Shown here one piece after another: positions 39,148 through 51,180 of a DNA stretch of 64,000 bases. Within the stretch, counting starts at the first letter, position 1. Each line of letters begins with the position of its first letter. Below the pieces are notes generated by a model. That model saw nothing but the letters and a program-made list of their open reading frames with translations, had not been told where the DNA came from and did no database searches. Source of the DNA: Eledone cirrhosa (taxonomy: Eukaryota); assembly GCA_964016885.1 (NCBI GenBank), contig OZ024765.1:23622001-23686000 (forward strand). Direction: 5' to 3'. The position numbers and the translations under genes are program-made.

Positions 39148-39703
39148 AACGTACGACACCGGGAAGTGAGTTGAAACATTTCCAACGACACCGAGTACCT
39201 GCTGTCTACATTATAACTTTAATTAATCTAATTATATCTTGTGTAACAATTATATATATATACACACACAATTTTAATTCCCCGACATCAGTCTTACACT
39301 GTCATATCTATTCTTACTTTACAATTGTGTCTACTAAGAGTTCCATTACAATCTGTAGTAGTAAAACTACTATTTCACCAGAACATCTGCTATCAGTCAT
39401 TTATAGACAATATATATATTTTAGACCACATATCAACCTAACATATATATATTTCCTATCAAATCTGTAGCTAAAGACATAAAGTCAGCCTCACTACTTC
39501 ATTCTGACAAGATATCAATTTATGACTAAAGATGAAGAAGATACACCAACGTTAATGTCGTGAAATAAAGCTGATAACATTGAAACTTCTAATTTGATAA
39601 CAAAGAGATTATTTCTTTGGTTGTTTAGTAACAACTAACAACACAACACATTGATTATATGTGAAGGAGGTAAGTTGACAAAGATTTACTTAATGTCTAT
39701 ATT
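39148..39703 (+). other. Duplicate of 18028-18590; candidate non-coding 5' exon of the ZNF gene
   Basis: Donor GAG|GTAAGT with GT at 39670. The exon assignment is an inference. Confidence 0.6.
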
Positions 39704-39949
39704 AATGTGTGTAAATAATATAATTATGTGAGCCTACAACGATCCAGTAATTAACCAGATTCCACTGCTACATGTGATATAAAATATATTGTTATCATGA
39801 CTGTATTTATTATTTAAAATACCTCCGTCTATATTTCAACCACTGGAACAACCTCAAACAAGAAACCCTCATTCAACATTTTAATGTCAAACATCGAAAT
39901 AAATGTTATGTGTGTATATAGATAGATGTATATTGTGTGTGTATATATA

Positions 39950-40100
39950 CAGTAATCCCCCGCTATATCGCGGTTCACTTTTCGCGGTCCCGTTACATCG
40001 CGGATATTTCTTTGGAACGTATCTAATTTCCTATCGCGGTAATCCTCGCCACATCGCGGATTATTCGTTAGAACATATCTATTTTCTTATCGCGGTACGT
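39950..40100. mobile_element. Single end of a pogo/Tigger-like DNA transposon
   Basis: TA|CAGTAATCCCCCGCTATATCGCGG followed by repeated TCGCGG subterminal motifs. No partner end was found. Confidence 0.6.
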
Positions 40101-40302
40101 CTGAATAAAAAGTGCTTAAAATTTAAACTTATTAAATAAGTTTCAATGTTATTGAAGTGTATATCGTAAGGAAGGGCTTTAATTCTGAACAAATGTTTTT
40201 ATTTTTCATTCCATTACTGTTTTACTGATTGTGTTTTGCTCTAATCTACTACAAACCCTTCATAGATTGGTCTCTCTCTAACATGGCTATTTCTGGAACG
40301 TA

Positions 40303-40490
40303 TCATGGCTTAGTGGTTAGAGCATTGGGCTTGCAATCGAATGGTTGGGTGTTCGATTCTCGTACTGTGTGATGTGTTGTTTCCTTGAGCAAGACACTTT
40401 ATTTCATACTGTTTACTCAGCTGTAGAAATGAGTTGTGATGTCACTGGTGCCAAGCTGTATCAGCCATAGCCTTTTTCTTGGACATCATA
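40303..40490 (+). mobile_element. tRNA-derived SINE (family 2, tail variant a)
   Basis: A box TGGCTTAGTGG, B box GTTCGATTC, core CCTTGAGCAAGACACTT, tail ACTGGTGCCAAGCTGTATCAGCC. Confidence 0.85.
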
Positions 40491-40600
40491 TATAGTGTAT
40501 AAAATATACTGTATACAGTGTATATATAATATATATATAGTGTATATATACTGTGTATAGTGTATATATATAGTGTATAATATATACTGTACACAGTATA

Positions 40601-43600
40601 TCATCATCATCATCACCGTTTTACGTCCGTTCTTCCACGCTAGCATGGGTTAGACGGGTTGTCCTGTTGTGGGCAGTGTCTGGTCGGCTGACCATGCCTT
40701 GCTCATACAGGAACTGATCTGGCTTGATTTCTACAGCTGGATGCCCTTCCTAACACCAACCTCATTTACAGTGAGTGCTGGGTGCTTTTTCGTGGCGCCT
40801 ACACGTCCACTTTACAATGTGGGCTGGGTGCTTTTTTTGCCGTGGCACCTCCACGACCACCTTGCGGTGGGGGGAGTGGGGGCATATTGTTTATATGCTT
40901 CAGCATGTACCCATGGGAGGTCGGGTACCCTGTATTACTGCGTGACGCCAGAAGTCACGGTCGTGTGTCATTGTCTTTGAGAGGTGTAGTTGGGTAAGGT
41001 CGGCTTTTATCACCTCATCCCAAGTCATCTTGGGTCTCCCCACTCCGCGGTTTCCATCAACTTCTAGTGCTCTGCACCTTTTTATGCAGCTGTCATCCTT
41101 CATACGCATCACATGTCCATACCAGCGTAACCGCCTCTCCTGCACGCAGCATTTGATTCCTCTTATGCTCAGTCTCTCTCTCAATTCCTTTATGCTTTGT
41201 CGTTCACGTATATTACTGTTACACATCCATCGGAGCATGCAGGCTTCGTTTCTCTCTAATCTACGTAAGTCTTCCACCTTCAGCGCCCAGGTCTCACTAC
41301 CATGCAACATCGCTGTTCGGATACACGCATCATACAGTCTGCCTTTCATTCTGAGGGAGAAGCCTTTTGCAGCTAGCAGTGGTAGTAGTTCCCTAAACTT
41401 CTTCCATCCCGTTCTTACCCTAGTTATTGTACTTTCTGAGCACCCACCTCCGTTGCTAATTCGGTCACCTAGGTAGCAGAAGCTGTCTACTGTTTCTACA
41501 GGGCCCTCCCAGAGATTGGTGGTACTTGTTTCCTGTGGCTGTTTGCTTGCTGTTTCAGCACAGCTGCTGCATGTGAATCCTACATTCGTAATTAAGCTTC
41601 CTGAGATCCCGCTACATCTCTTGTGTACCCATTGTTTGCATTTGGGGCAGAGAATGGAGTTCCTACCTACACCTTTCCTACATACTGAGCAAGGCCATTT
41701 CCCTGAGGGGATCTGGGTTCTGTTTTCTCGTCTACTTACAAGGACCTTAGTCTTTGTCATGTTGACTTTGAGGCCCTTTCTCTCTAGTCCCTGCTTCCAG
41801 GTTTGGAATTTATTCTCTAGTTCTACCATAGATTCAGCTATGAGTGCGAGGTCATCAGCATACAGGAGTTCCCATGGGCATCCGGTCTTAAACTCCTCCG
41901 TTATTGCCTGCAGGACTATGATGAACAGGAGAGGGCTAAGAACAGAGCCCTGGTGGACCCCAACCTGTACGCTAAATTCCTCGCTATACTCATTGCTAAT
42001 CCTAACTTTGCTGACTGCTCCCCTATACATGGCTTGTACCGCTTTCACAAGCCATTCATCTACTCCTAGTTTTCTAAGAGCCCACCAGATTACCGCACGT
42101 GGAACTTTGTCAAAGGCTTTCTCAAGGTCGACAAATGCCAAGTAGAGTGGCTTACTTTTAGCTAGGTACTTTTCCTGTAATTGCCTCACAAGGAAGAGGG
42201 CATCAGTGGTGCCTCTCCCTGGTACAAACCCAAATTGCATCTCGTCTATATTCACCCGGTCCCTAATCAGCTGTGCTATAACTCTTTCTTTTACTTTCAT
42301 GACCTGGTCCATCAACTTTATACCTCTATAGTTTCCTCTATCTAGTGCATCGCCTTTACCTTTGTAGCAGTTGACAATGATGCTACTGCACCAATCTTTT
42401 GGTATGGCCCCTTCTAGTATTACCTGGTTAACGATACGTGTGGTTATAGTGTGACCTACAGACCCAGATGCCTTCAGCATCTCGGCAGCTATACCCGATG
42501 GACCGGTTGCCTTCCCCATCTTCATATCTCTGATTGCCTTACTTACTACGCTGCCGCTGACTTGTACTGCTGGTCCCTCTATAGGGTCTACATGGGGTAG
42601 GGTCTCTTCTTCCCATGCATTCTCCTCATTTAGTAATCTATCATAATGACTCTTCCATGCATCTTTCTTCTCAGCACTTGTGAGGGCAAGCTCACCTTTA
42701 TCATTCCGGATACACTTCTCTCCAATGACATCACAACTATCTCTGACACACTGCCTCGCAATCTTGAATACCTCCTGTTTCTGGTCCTCATGTTGTAAAA
42801 CATGCTTGAATTTTCTATCCTCTGCTTCCCTCCTAGCTAAGTATACTTGTCGCCTAGCTTCCCTCTTGGTCTCTATGTAATGTACCCTGCTCCCCCCGTT
42901 CTTCCATTCTTTCCATGCCTGTCTCTTGGCCTTGACTGCTTCATCTACCTTATTGTTCCACCACCAAGTCACTCTCCTCCTGCTTGAGGTCTTACTCCAG
43001 CCACAAACCTCATCCGTCGCCTCTAGTAAGTTATTTTTTAGGAACTCCCAGTTCTCTTCTACTTTAAATGTCTATATCTGTTCTTCTTTACTGTCGTAGG
43101 CGTTGAGTAAAATATCTTTAAATCTGTTACTGGTTGAGGGGACTTTCAGCTTCCAGATCTTTCTTCTCCAGGTTGGCCTCTGTTTCCGGGTTCGTCTCGT
43201 TCTGACCGTGAGGTCGCTGACAACTAAGCTATGTTGGGATGTACATTCCTCACTAGAAAGGCTTTTGTGTTTACGACCGTCCATCTGTCACGTCCTCTGA
43301 TGAGGATAAAATCTAACTGACTAGAGTGCTCCCCTGATCTATAGGTGATCAGGTGGTTGTCGGGTTTTTTAAAGTTTGTGTTACATATCGACATGTCATT
43401 GGCGTCGCAGAATTCTTCCTCATTCCTTGTGCCAACTCCATGGCCTCCATGTACTCTATTGAAGCCGTCGCAGTGTTTACCTACCTGTCCGTTAAAATCT
43501 CCTGCAATGATTAGGAAGTCCTTGTCGTCTGTTAGAGCAGTAGTGTGTATTAGGGACTCGTAAAACCTATCCTTAAGTCTGGCAGCCCCGATTGGGGTGC

Positions 43601-44520
43601 GTAAGCTGATATTATTGTGGTAATTGTCTTATTCAGGGCTAGTCTGAGTTTAATGATTCTTGCATTTACCCTGTACACTGAGATTACTTTATCTACCCAC
43701 TTGTCAGCTAATAGTATACCTACACCACCCATCCCATCGTCATTTCCCACCCAGAAAAATTTGTAGCACTGACTTTTTCCTACAAGGACTCTAGCAGACC
43801 CTCCTCTCCATCTAGTCTCTTGCACACAGCATACATCAACTTCCTTTCGCTCTAGCATTTCTACGATTTCTCCTGCTCTTCCTTTCATTGAGCCTACATT
43901 GATGGTACCAACTCGGAGTTTTGGGCATTTGTCGACACTCGTAGGGGAGGGTCTCTGGGTTGGCGCTTCACGTGGGTGCTTGGTAGCTCGCAGATTCATA
44001 TTTCATCTATTGATTCAGAGTTGCTCAAATGTATTCTCAGCTCACCCATCCATAACGGTGGGAAAATTGAGGGCTAGAAGAACAGTGGTGGTGGGGTAAT
44101 GGCAGGGTGTGTTGGGATGCGCCAGAGGAGGAGAGAGTTAGTTAGGCAGGTAGTAGCAGCAGCAGTGGAAATGGCATGCTAGGTCGAATAGACTATGGTG
44201 TGTGTGTGTGGGGGGGGGGGGGGACTTGTGAGGTAGGAACTGAGGGTCGCATGGTAAATAACTGAGAGATACAATAGAATTAGAATACCGCATGGTAAAT
44301 ATCCAAGTTAATACTACATCAGTAAAATTAACAATAATAACGTCATGAAAACTACTAAGAAAAACCCTCGAAAATTTATCGCTAATACAGCAGGGAACAT
44401 CATTAATATTAACAACAATATGTAGGCTAAAATACCTTCGGAGATTAGTAAGGATGGATGGATGGCTGGAACAATTGGAATCAACTCTAGTGATACATTT
44501 TAGCAGAGAAGAATGGGAAA
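40601..44520 (-). mobile_element. Near full-length RTE-clade LINE (subfamily A), endonuclease region frameshifted
   Basis: APE motifs (GTINVG, CVQETRW, SAYAPQ) at 43999-43070. RT in ORF 40900-42972. 3' UTR at 40615-40899. (GAT)n tail. The 5' boundary is approximate. Confidence 0.93.
40900..42972 (-). CDS. RTE reverse transcriptase reading frame with an embedded PHD-type finger (part of a disrupted ORF)
   Basis: NYRGIKL, MQFGF, FVDLEKAFD, GVHQGSVLSP, YADD. CSVC..CPKC..HKRC..CSSC gives a C4HC3 pattern. Confidence 0.85.
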   Translation of the reverse strand: MTWWWNNKVDEAVKAKRQAWKEWKNGGSRVHYIETKREARRQVYLARREAEDRKFKHVLQHEDQKQEVFKIARQCVRDSCDVIGEKCIRNDKGELALTSAEKKDAWKSHYDRLLNEENAWEEETLPHVDPIEGPAVQVSGSVVSKAIRDMKMGKATGPSGIAAEMLKASGSVGHTITTRIVNQVILEGAIPKDWCSSIIVNCYKGKGDALDRGNYRGIKLMDQVMKVKERVIAQLIRDRVNIDEMQFGFVPGRGTTDALFLVRQLQEKYLAKSKPLYLAFVDLEKAFDKVPRAVIWWALRKLGVDEWLVKAVQAMYRGAVSKVRISNEYSEEFSVQVGVHQGSVLSPLLFIIVLQAITEEFKTGCPWELLYADDLALIAESMVELENKFQTWKQGLERKGLKVNMTKTKVLVSRRENRTQIPSGKWPCSVCRKGVGRNSILCPKCKQWVHKRCSGISGSLITNVGFTCSSCAETASKQPQETSTTNLWEGPVETVDSFCYLGDRISNGGGCSESTITRVRTGWKKFRELLPLLAAKGFSLRMKGRLYDACIRTAMLHGSETWALKVEDLRRLERNEACMLRWMCNSNIRERQSIKELRERLSIRGIKCCVQERRLRWYGHVMRMKDDSCIKRCRALEVDGNRGVGRPKMTWDEVIKADLTQLHLSKTMTHDRDFWRHAVIQGTRPPMGTC

Positions 44521-44550
44521 GTGTATATATAATATATATACAGTATATAT

Positions 44551-44920
44551 GTTGTGATGTTACTGGTGCCAAGCTGTATCAGCCATTGCCTTTCTCTTAA
44601 ACAACAACATATATAGTGTATAATATATACTGTAGACAGTGTATATATATAATATATATATAGTGTATATATACTGTACACAGTATATATATAATATATA
44701 TATAGTATATATGTTGTGATGTTACTGGTGCCAAGCTGTATCAGCCATTGTCTTTCTCTTAGACAACAACATATATAGTGTATAATATATACTGTACACA
44801 GTGTATATATAATATATATATAGTATATATGTTGTGATACTGGTGCCAAGCTCTATCAGCCATTGCCTTTCTCTTAGACAACACCATATATAGTGTATAA
44901 TATATACTGTACCCAGTGTA
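44551..44920 (+). repeat. Three tandem copies of the SINE family 2a tail plus its AT-rich flank
   Basis: GTTGTGAT…ACTGGTGCCAAGCT.TATCAGCCAT at 44551, 44713 and 44831. The same motif is at 40433. Confidence 0.85.
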
Positions 44921-45024
44921 TATATAATATATGTATGTAAAAGGTAAACAGAAATAATAACACAATCGTTACAGTATATGGAAGGGATATATTAGGTTAA
45001 CGTTTGATATAGCAGGAAGAGGGG

Positions 45025-45058
45025 CTTAACGTTTCAGATGCTAGTCCTTCATCAGAAG
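45025..45058 (-). ncRNA. Minimal type I hammerhead-like motif (Penelope-type), probably degenerate
   Basis: Minus strand CTT-CTGATGA-AGGACTAGCATCT-GAAAC-GTT-AAG. Stems I and II are weak. Confidence 0.4.
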
Positions 45059-45542
45059 AAATAATGAGAAATAAGATAGATTGAGGGGATGGCCGGGTTG
45101 CAATTGGAAAAAATGTCTTTAGATGAAAATAACAGGTCCATTCATGTTGACATCTCTTGCAAAACTGTTGGTGCTGGCGTTTTGTGTATGATTTATTTTT
45201 TAGAAAAGTGGATGATGGAGCACGTCTACCTGAAATGGAAAAAAAACGTTTTGTAAAAAGATCTACACTTGTGCACATGCGTAAGTGTGGGTGTGTCTGT
45301 TATTATACGTCCGTACGAAACTAATAAGAAATGTGTGTGTATATGTGAGTAAAAGAGTGTGTGTGCATGTAAGTACGAAGCTATGAGCAAAAGTACGTTA
45401 ATATAAGGGTGTGTATGTAGTGTATAATATATACTGTACATAGTATATATATAATATATATATAGTGTATAATATATACTGTACATAGTGTATATATAAT
45501 ATATATATAGAGTATATATATGGTACATAGTATATAGTTTTT

Positions 45543-45662
45543 AACTGGTTGAAATCCTTCATTCTCAGTTGAAGAGGTTCTAGGACAGCATTCTTCACTG
45601 TATGAGATGTCATCTGGTGTACCACAGGGATCTGTTCTTGGACCCCTTTTTTTGTTGCATAT
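45543..45662 (+). mobile_element. Isolated internal fragment of the CR1 RT
   Basis: Matches 23063-23192 (…ATATGAGATGTCATCTGGTGTACCACAGGGATCTGTTCTTGG…). Confidence 0.85.
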
Positions 45663-45776
45663 GTAGTGGATACATGTATTCTTTTGTGGATGAATGATAA
45701 AAAGAATAATGCCAGAATTGTGATGTTGACAATGTTTATTTTACAATAACAATATTCACTTGTTGCTACATTGAAT

Positions 45777-48770
45777 ATCATCATCATCATCATCATCATC
45801 AGGTTTAGCGTCCGTGTTCCACGCTTGCATGGGTTTGGACGGGGGTTTTCCCACTTGAGGCAAGAGTGGTTGTCTTGCTCGCATAGGACTGTCTGGCGGG
45901 TTTTCTACAGTTGGATGCCCTTCCTAACACCAACCACATTTACAGTGTGGGACTGGGAGGTTTTTACCGTGTTGCCTACACGGCCACATTACAGCGTGGA
46001 CTGTCTGGCGGGTTTTCTACAGCTGGATGCCCTTCCTAACACCAACCACATTTACAGTGTGGGGCTGGGAGGTTTTTACCGTGTTGCCTACACGGCCACA
46101 TTTACAGCGTGGACTGTGTGTTTTTTGTCGTGACACCTACACGATCTCATTTGTTTCGGCCTGGATGTTGTGGGACCAACATAACTGTACATTGAAAGGG
46201 GTGATGTGGATGGGGTGGAGGTGGTGGGACGGGGGGGGGTGGGTGTTTTGATAGAGATGCCTACTGACTGTAGTAGGTTTTTACTTTGTATTTAGGTAAG
46301 GCGGGTCTTCTCTATTACTGAGTACCGCCAAAGGTCTCGGTCCAGTGACATTGTCTTGGAGAGGTGTAAGCGTGTGAGGTCGGAATTTATCAGCTCGTCC
46401 CATGTTTTTCTGGGTCTGCCTACTCCGTGGCTACCGTCTATCTTTATTGCCCTGCACTTTGTTATACAGCTGTCGTCTTTCATATTGTGACAGGAATTAT
46501 CACTACATCAATTTGTTGACTAACTACTTCGAGCTAGCGGTGGTACTTTTACCTGACACAAACCCAAACTGCATTTCATCTAGATCAATTCGATCTCTGA
46601 TTAGTTCTGCTATAACTCTTTCTGTGACCTTCATGACCTGGTCAACTAACTTAATGCCTCTATAGTTTGGTAGAGCAGTTAACGATGATACTGTTGCGCC
46701 AGTCCTTTGGTATGACCCCATTCTGTATTACTTGGTTTACTATCCAGGTGACCATTGTATGTCCCATCATTCCAGATGCTTTCAACATCTCAGCAACTAT
46801 CTCCAAAGGCCCAGCTGCCTTTCCTGTCTTCATATTTTTGATTGCACCGCTGGTCCCCCTATTGGATCGATTTGGGGCAGAGTATCTTTTTCCCATTTAT
46901 TCTCCTCATTTAGTAGTCTCTCATAGTGACACCTCCAAGCTACCTTCTTATCAGTATCAGTGAGGGCAAGTACACCATCATCATTATGGACACACTTCTC
47001 CCCGACAATATCACGGTTTTCCTTGAGACATTGTCTTACAATCCGGAACACCTCACGTTGTTGGTCCTCGCGTTGTAGAACATGCTTGAATTTTCTTTCC
47101 TCTGCTTCCCTTCTTACAAAGTACATTTGTCTCCTAGCTTCCCTCCTGGCCACTTGATAGTCTTCTCTACTTCCCCCATCCGGCCATGCTTTCCAAGCCT
47201 GCTTTTTGACCTTGATTGACTCCTCCACCTTACTATTCCACCACCAAGTTACTCTGCTCCTACCTATAGATCTGCTCCAGCCACAGATTTCATCTGTCGC
47301 CTTCAGCAGGTTAACTTTCATAAATTCCTACTGTTCCTCTATATTATACATCTCTAATGTCTCTTCCTTACTCTCAAAAGCATCAAGTAATAAGCTTTTA
47401 AATTTGTCACTGGCTGTGGGGTCTTTCAACTTCCATATTCCTCTCCTCAGGGTAGTCCTCCTCTGTCGTTGAGTACGTCTATTCCTGACTATGAGGTCAC
47501 TAACTATGAGGTTATGTTGGGAGGTGCATTCTTCACGGGGGAGGGACTTAGTGTTTACAACAGACACTCTATCACATCTTCTAGTAAAGATATAATCTAT
47601 CTGACTGGCATGTTCCTCTGATCTATAGGTGATCAAGTGATTGTCTCGTTTTTTGAAGTTTGTGTTACAGATAGGTTATTAGCGTCACAGGATTCTGAAG
47701 CCTTCCTCATTTCTAGTACCAAACCCATAGCCTCCATGGATTCCATCATAGCATCATTATGTTGTCCAACGTGACTGTTTAGATCGCTAGCAATAATTAA
47801 GTAGTCGCTGTCAGTTATTTGGGAGGTAGTGTGCATTAGCGTCTCATAGAACCTGTCCTTTATAACATCAGGTAGACCAGATTGGGGTGCATAAGCGGAT
47901 ATTATTGTCACAGTAGTTCTATTTAGTACTAGTCTTATTTTAATTATTCTGTCATTCACTCTATTTATGGCAATTACCTTATCTACCCATTTTTCAGCTA
48001 GCATAATTCCTACTCCACCCTGTCCGTTGTCATTTCCCACCCAGAAAAGTTTAAAGCATCGTTTTTTACCCACAATGAATCTAGTAGACCCACCTCTCCA
48101 CCTAGTCTCTTGAACACAACAAACATCAACTTCATCACGTTCAATCATCTCTACAACCTCATTTGAATGACCTTTCAATGTGCCTACGTTCACGGTACCA
48201 ACTCTAAAGTTGGGTGAGTGGAATGGATGGTTGGGGGGGGGGGGAATTATGTTGGTCATCCATGTCTGAAATAAAGAGGCGTCCTTGCATTCTCGTCCTG
48301 CAATGGGAGGTGAATTTATCTTTACCTGTGACATTGTCATTGAGTGTTCAGACTTTCCAAATTCCGCAGTCCACTTAACAAACCGGAAAACAACCAGGTC
48401 TAAACTTAAGGAGTAATAACAGAGGTGGTGGCTTTGCTATACATATTGGTAAGAGAACTTACTATAAACCAGTGAGTTATGATTGGACCAAATAGCAATG
48501 GTGGTGTGCAGGTGGGGAGGGCAGGAAATGGGTAACTTTAGGGTAAGGTTAGTTTTAAGGAATGGTCCAACAGAATGAGGCATATTATTAAAAACATGTG
48601 AAATATTAATAGAAATTCCGAGAGAAAAAAAGAGAGATTAGATTCTAAACAGAAATAAATGACAGATTAAATGACACTGGTCAAATGGACTACAAAAAAT
48701 GGAAAGACAGACGAAAGTGGTTTGCTTACATTCTCAAATCGACAATTCGGTCGTGAAGAGAGATTAGATG
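45777..48770 (-). mobile_element. RTE LINE subfamily B, degraded, RT core deleted
   Basis: APE motifs in ORFs 47633-48340 and 47328-47636. RT N-terminus at 46540-47320. The 3' end is nearly identical to 49183-49899. (GAT)n tail. The 5' boundary is approximate. Confidence 0.9.
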
Positions 48771-48791
48771 GATAAATATATATATATATAT

Positions 48792-49127
48792 GGAGGCACA
48801 TGGCTTAGTGGATAGAGCATTGGCCTTGCAATCGAAAGGTTGTGAGTTCAATTCTCAGACCGGGTGATGTGTTGTTTCCTTGAGCAAGACACTTTATTTC
48901 ACATTGCTCCAGTTTACTCAGCTGTAGAAATGAGATGATAGGGACTGGGGTCCCTATCATTCCACTGCAAAGTGGTCGCTGAGGTGCCATGGCAAAAAAG
49001 CAAACAGCACTCACTGTAAATGAGTTTGGTGTTAGGAAGGGCATCCAGCTGTAGAAATCAAGCCAGAATCAGTTCCCGTCCCACCCTTGGAAGCAGGGAA
49101 AAGTGGACGTAAAATGATGATGATGAT
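48792..49127 (+). mobile_element. tRNA-derived SINE (family 2, tail variant b) with an RTE-derived 3' end
   Basis: Head as at 40303. The tail CAGCACTCACTGTAAATGAG.TTGGTGTTAGGAAGGGCATCCAGCTGTAGAAATCAAGCC is shared with the RTE at 59834-59893. (GAT)n end. Confidence 0.9.
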
Positions 49128-49182
49128 ATTTATATATTTGTATTAGTATTTATATATATGTATATATATTTATATATATGTA

Positions 49183-51180
49183 TATCATCATCATCATCAT
49201 CATCATCAGGTTTAGCGTCCGTGTTCCACGCTTGCATGGGTTTGGATGGGGGTTTTCCCACTTGAGGCAAGAGTGGTTGTCTTGCTCGCATAGGACTGTC
49301 TGGCGGGTTTTCTACAGTTGGATGCCCTTCCTAACACCAACCATATTTACAGTGTGGGGCTGGGAGGTTTTTACCGTGTTGCCTACACGGCCACATTACA
49401 GCGTGGACTGTCTGGCGGGTTTTCTACAGCTGGATGCCCTTCCTAACACCAACCACATTTACAGTGTGGGGCTGGGAGGTTTTTACCGTGTTGCCTACAC
49501 GGCCACATTTACAGCGTGGACTGTGTGTTTTTTTGTCGTGACACCTACACGATCTCATTTGTTTCGGCCTGGATGTTGTGGGACCAACATAACTTTACAT
49601 TGAAAGGGGCGGTGCGGATGGGGTGGAGGTGGTGGTGGTGGTGGTGGGGGGGGGGGGGGTGTTTTGATAGAGATGCCTACTGACTGTAGTAGGTTTTTAC
49701 TTTGTATTTAGGTAAGGCGGGTCTTCTCTATTACTGAGTACCGCCAAAGGTCTTGGTCCAGTGACATTGTCTTGGAGAGGTGTAAGCGTGTGAGGTCGGA
49801 ATTTATCAGCTCGTCCCATGTTTTTCTGGGTCTGCCTACTCCGTGGCTACCGTCTATCTTTATTGCCCTGCACTTTGTTATACAGCTGTCGTCTTTCATG
49901 CGCATCACGTGACCGTACCAACGTAGCCTTCTCTCGAGTAAACAACATCTGATCCCTCTTATTTCTAATTTTTTCCTTAGTTCGTTTATGTTTTGCCGTT
50001 CACGTATATTACTATTGCACATCCAGCGGAGCATGCAAGCTTCGTTCCTCTCTAGTCTGCGTATATCCTCTGCACACAATGCCCAGGTCTCACTGCCATG
50101 CAGCATTGCTGTTCGTATGCAGCCATCGTATAACCTGCCTTTCATTTTTAGGGAGAACCCTCTAGCGGCTAATAGTGGTATAAGCTCTCTGAACTTTTTC
50201 CATCCAGTTCTGACTCTAGCTACTGTACTTTCAGAGCACCCTCCCCCACTGCTGATTTTGTCACCCAGGTAACGGAAGCTGTCCACTATTTCTATAGAAC
50301 CCTCTGCGCAGTTGAAGGAGCTAGTATTTTGTGGGCACTTGCTGCTACTTATTGCACCAGAGCACCGGCCACATGTAAAATCTATGTTCTTAGTTAGCTT
50401 ACCTGTGATCCCACTACATCTTTTATGCACCCATACTTTGCATTTGGGACATAAAATGGAGTTTCTACCTACGCCTTTCCTACACACTGAGCATGGCCAT
50501 TTCCCAGATGGGACTGCCGCCTTATTTTCTTTCCTACAAACTAGAACTTTAGTCTTAGCCAGGTTAATTTTAAGGCCTTTTGATTCTAGGCCGTGCTTCC
50601 ATGTTTGGAATTTCTTCTCTAGTTCGGTCATTGATTCAGCTATGAGCGTTAGATCATCTGCGTATAGGAGTTCCCATGGGCAGCCGGTCTTGAACTCCTC
50701 TGTTATAGCCTGAAGGGCAATAATAAATAGTAGGGGGCTAAGAACAGAGCCCTGATGGACACCAACTTTTACGCTAAACTCTTCACTATATTCGTTGTTA
50801 ATTCTAACCTTACTGACTGTTTCTTTATACATGGCTTGTATAGCTCTCACAAGCCATTCGTCAACACCTAGTTTTCTAAGAGACCACCAGATAATGGAAC
50901 GGGGGACTCTGTCGAAGGCTTTCTCCAAGTCGACGAAAGCTAAGTATAGGGGTTTACTTTTAGCTAGGTACTTCTCCTGTAGTTGTCGTACAATGAAAAG
51001 AGCGTCTGTGGTACTTTTGCCTGACACAAATCCGAACTGCATTTCATCTAGATCAATTCTCTCTCTGATTAGTTGCGCTATTACTTTTTCCGTGACCTTC
51101 ATGACCTGGTCAATTAATTTAATGCCTCTATAGTTACTCCTATCTAGGGCATCTCCTTTTCCCTTATAGCAGTTAACGAT
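49183..51180 (-). mobile_element. RTE LINE subfamily B, 5'-truncated, with an open RT-PHD-C-terminal frame
   Basis: ORF 49708-51222 from IVNCYKGKG to the stop codon. YADD and the C4HC3 finger are present. Confidence 0.93.

Noticed and set aside
40303-40375. Functional tRNA gene (also at 48792)
   Set aside because: The A/B boxes run into a SINE core and tail and there is no proper cloverleaf.
41030-42145. Long plus-strand ORFs opposite the RTE RT (also 49988-51133 and those opposite Tx1)
   Set aside because: These are antisense shadows of coding sequence with no recognisable domains.
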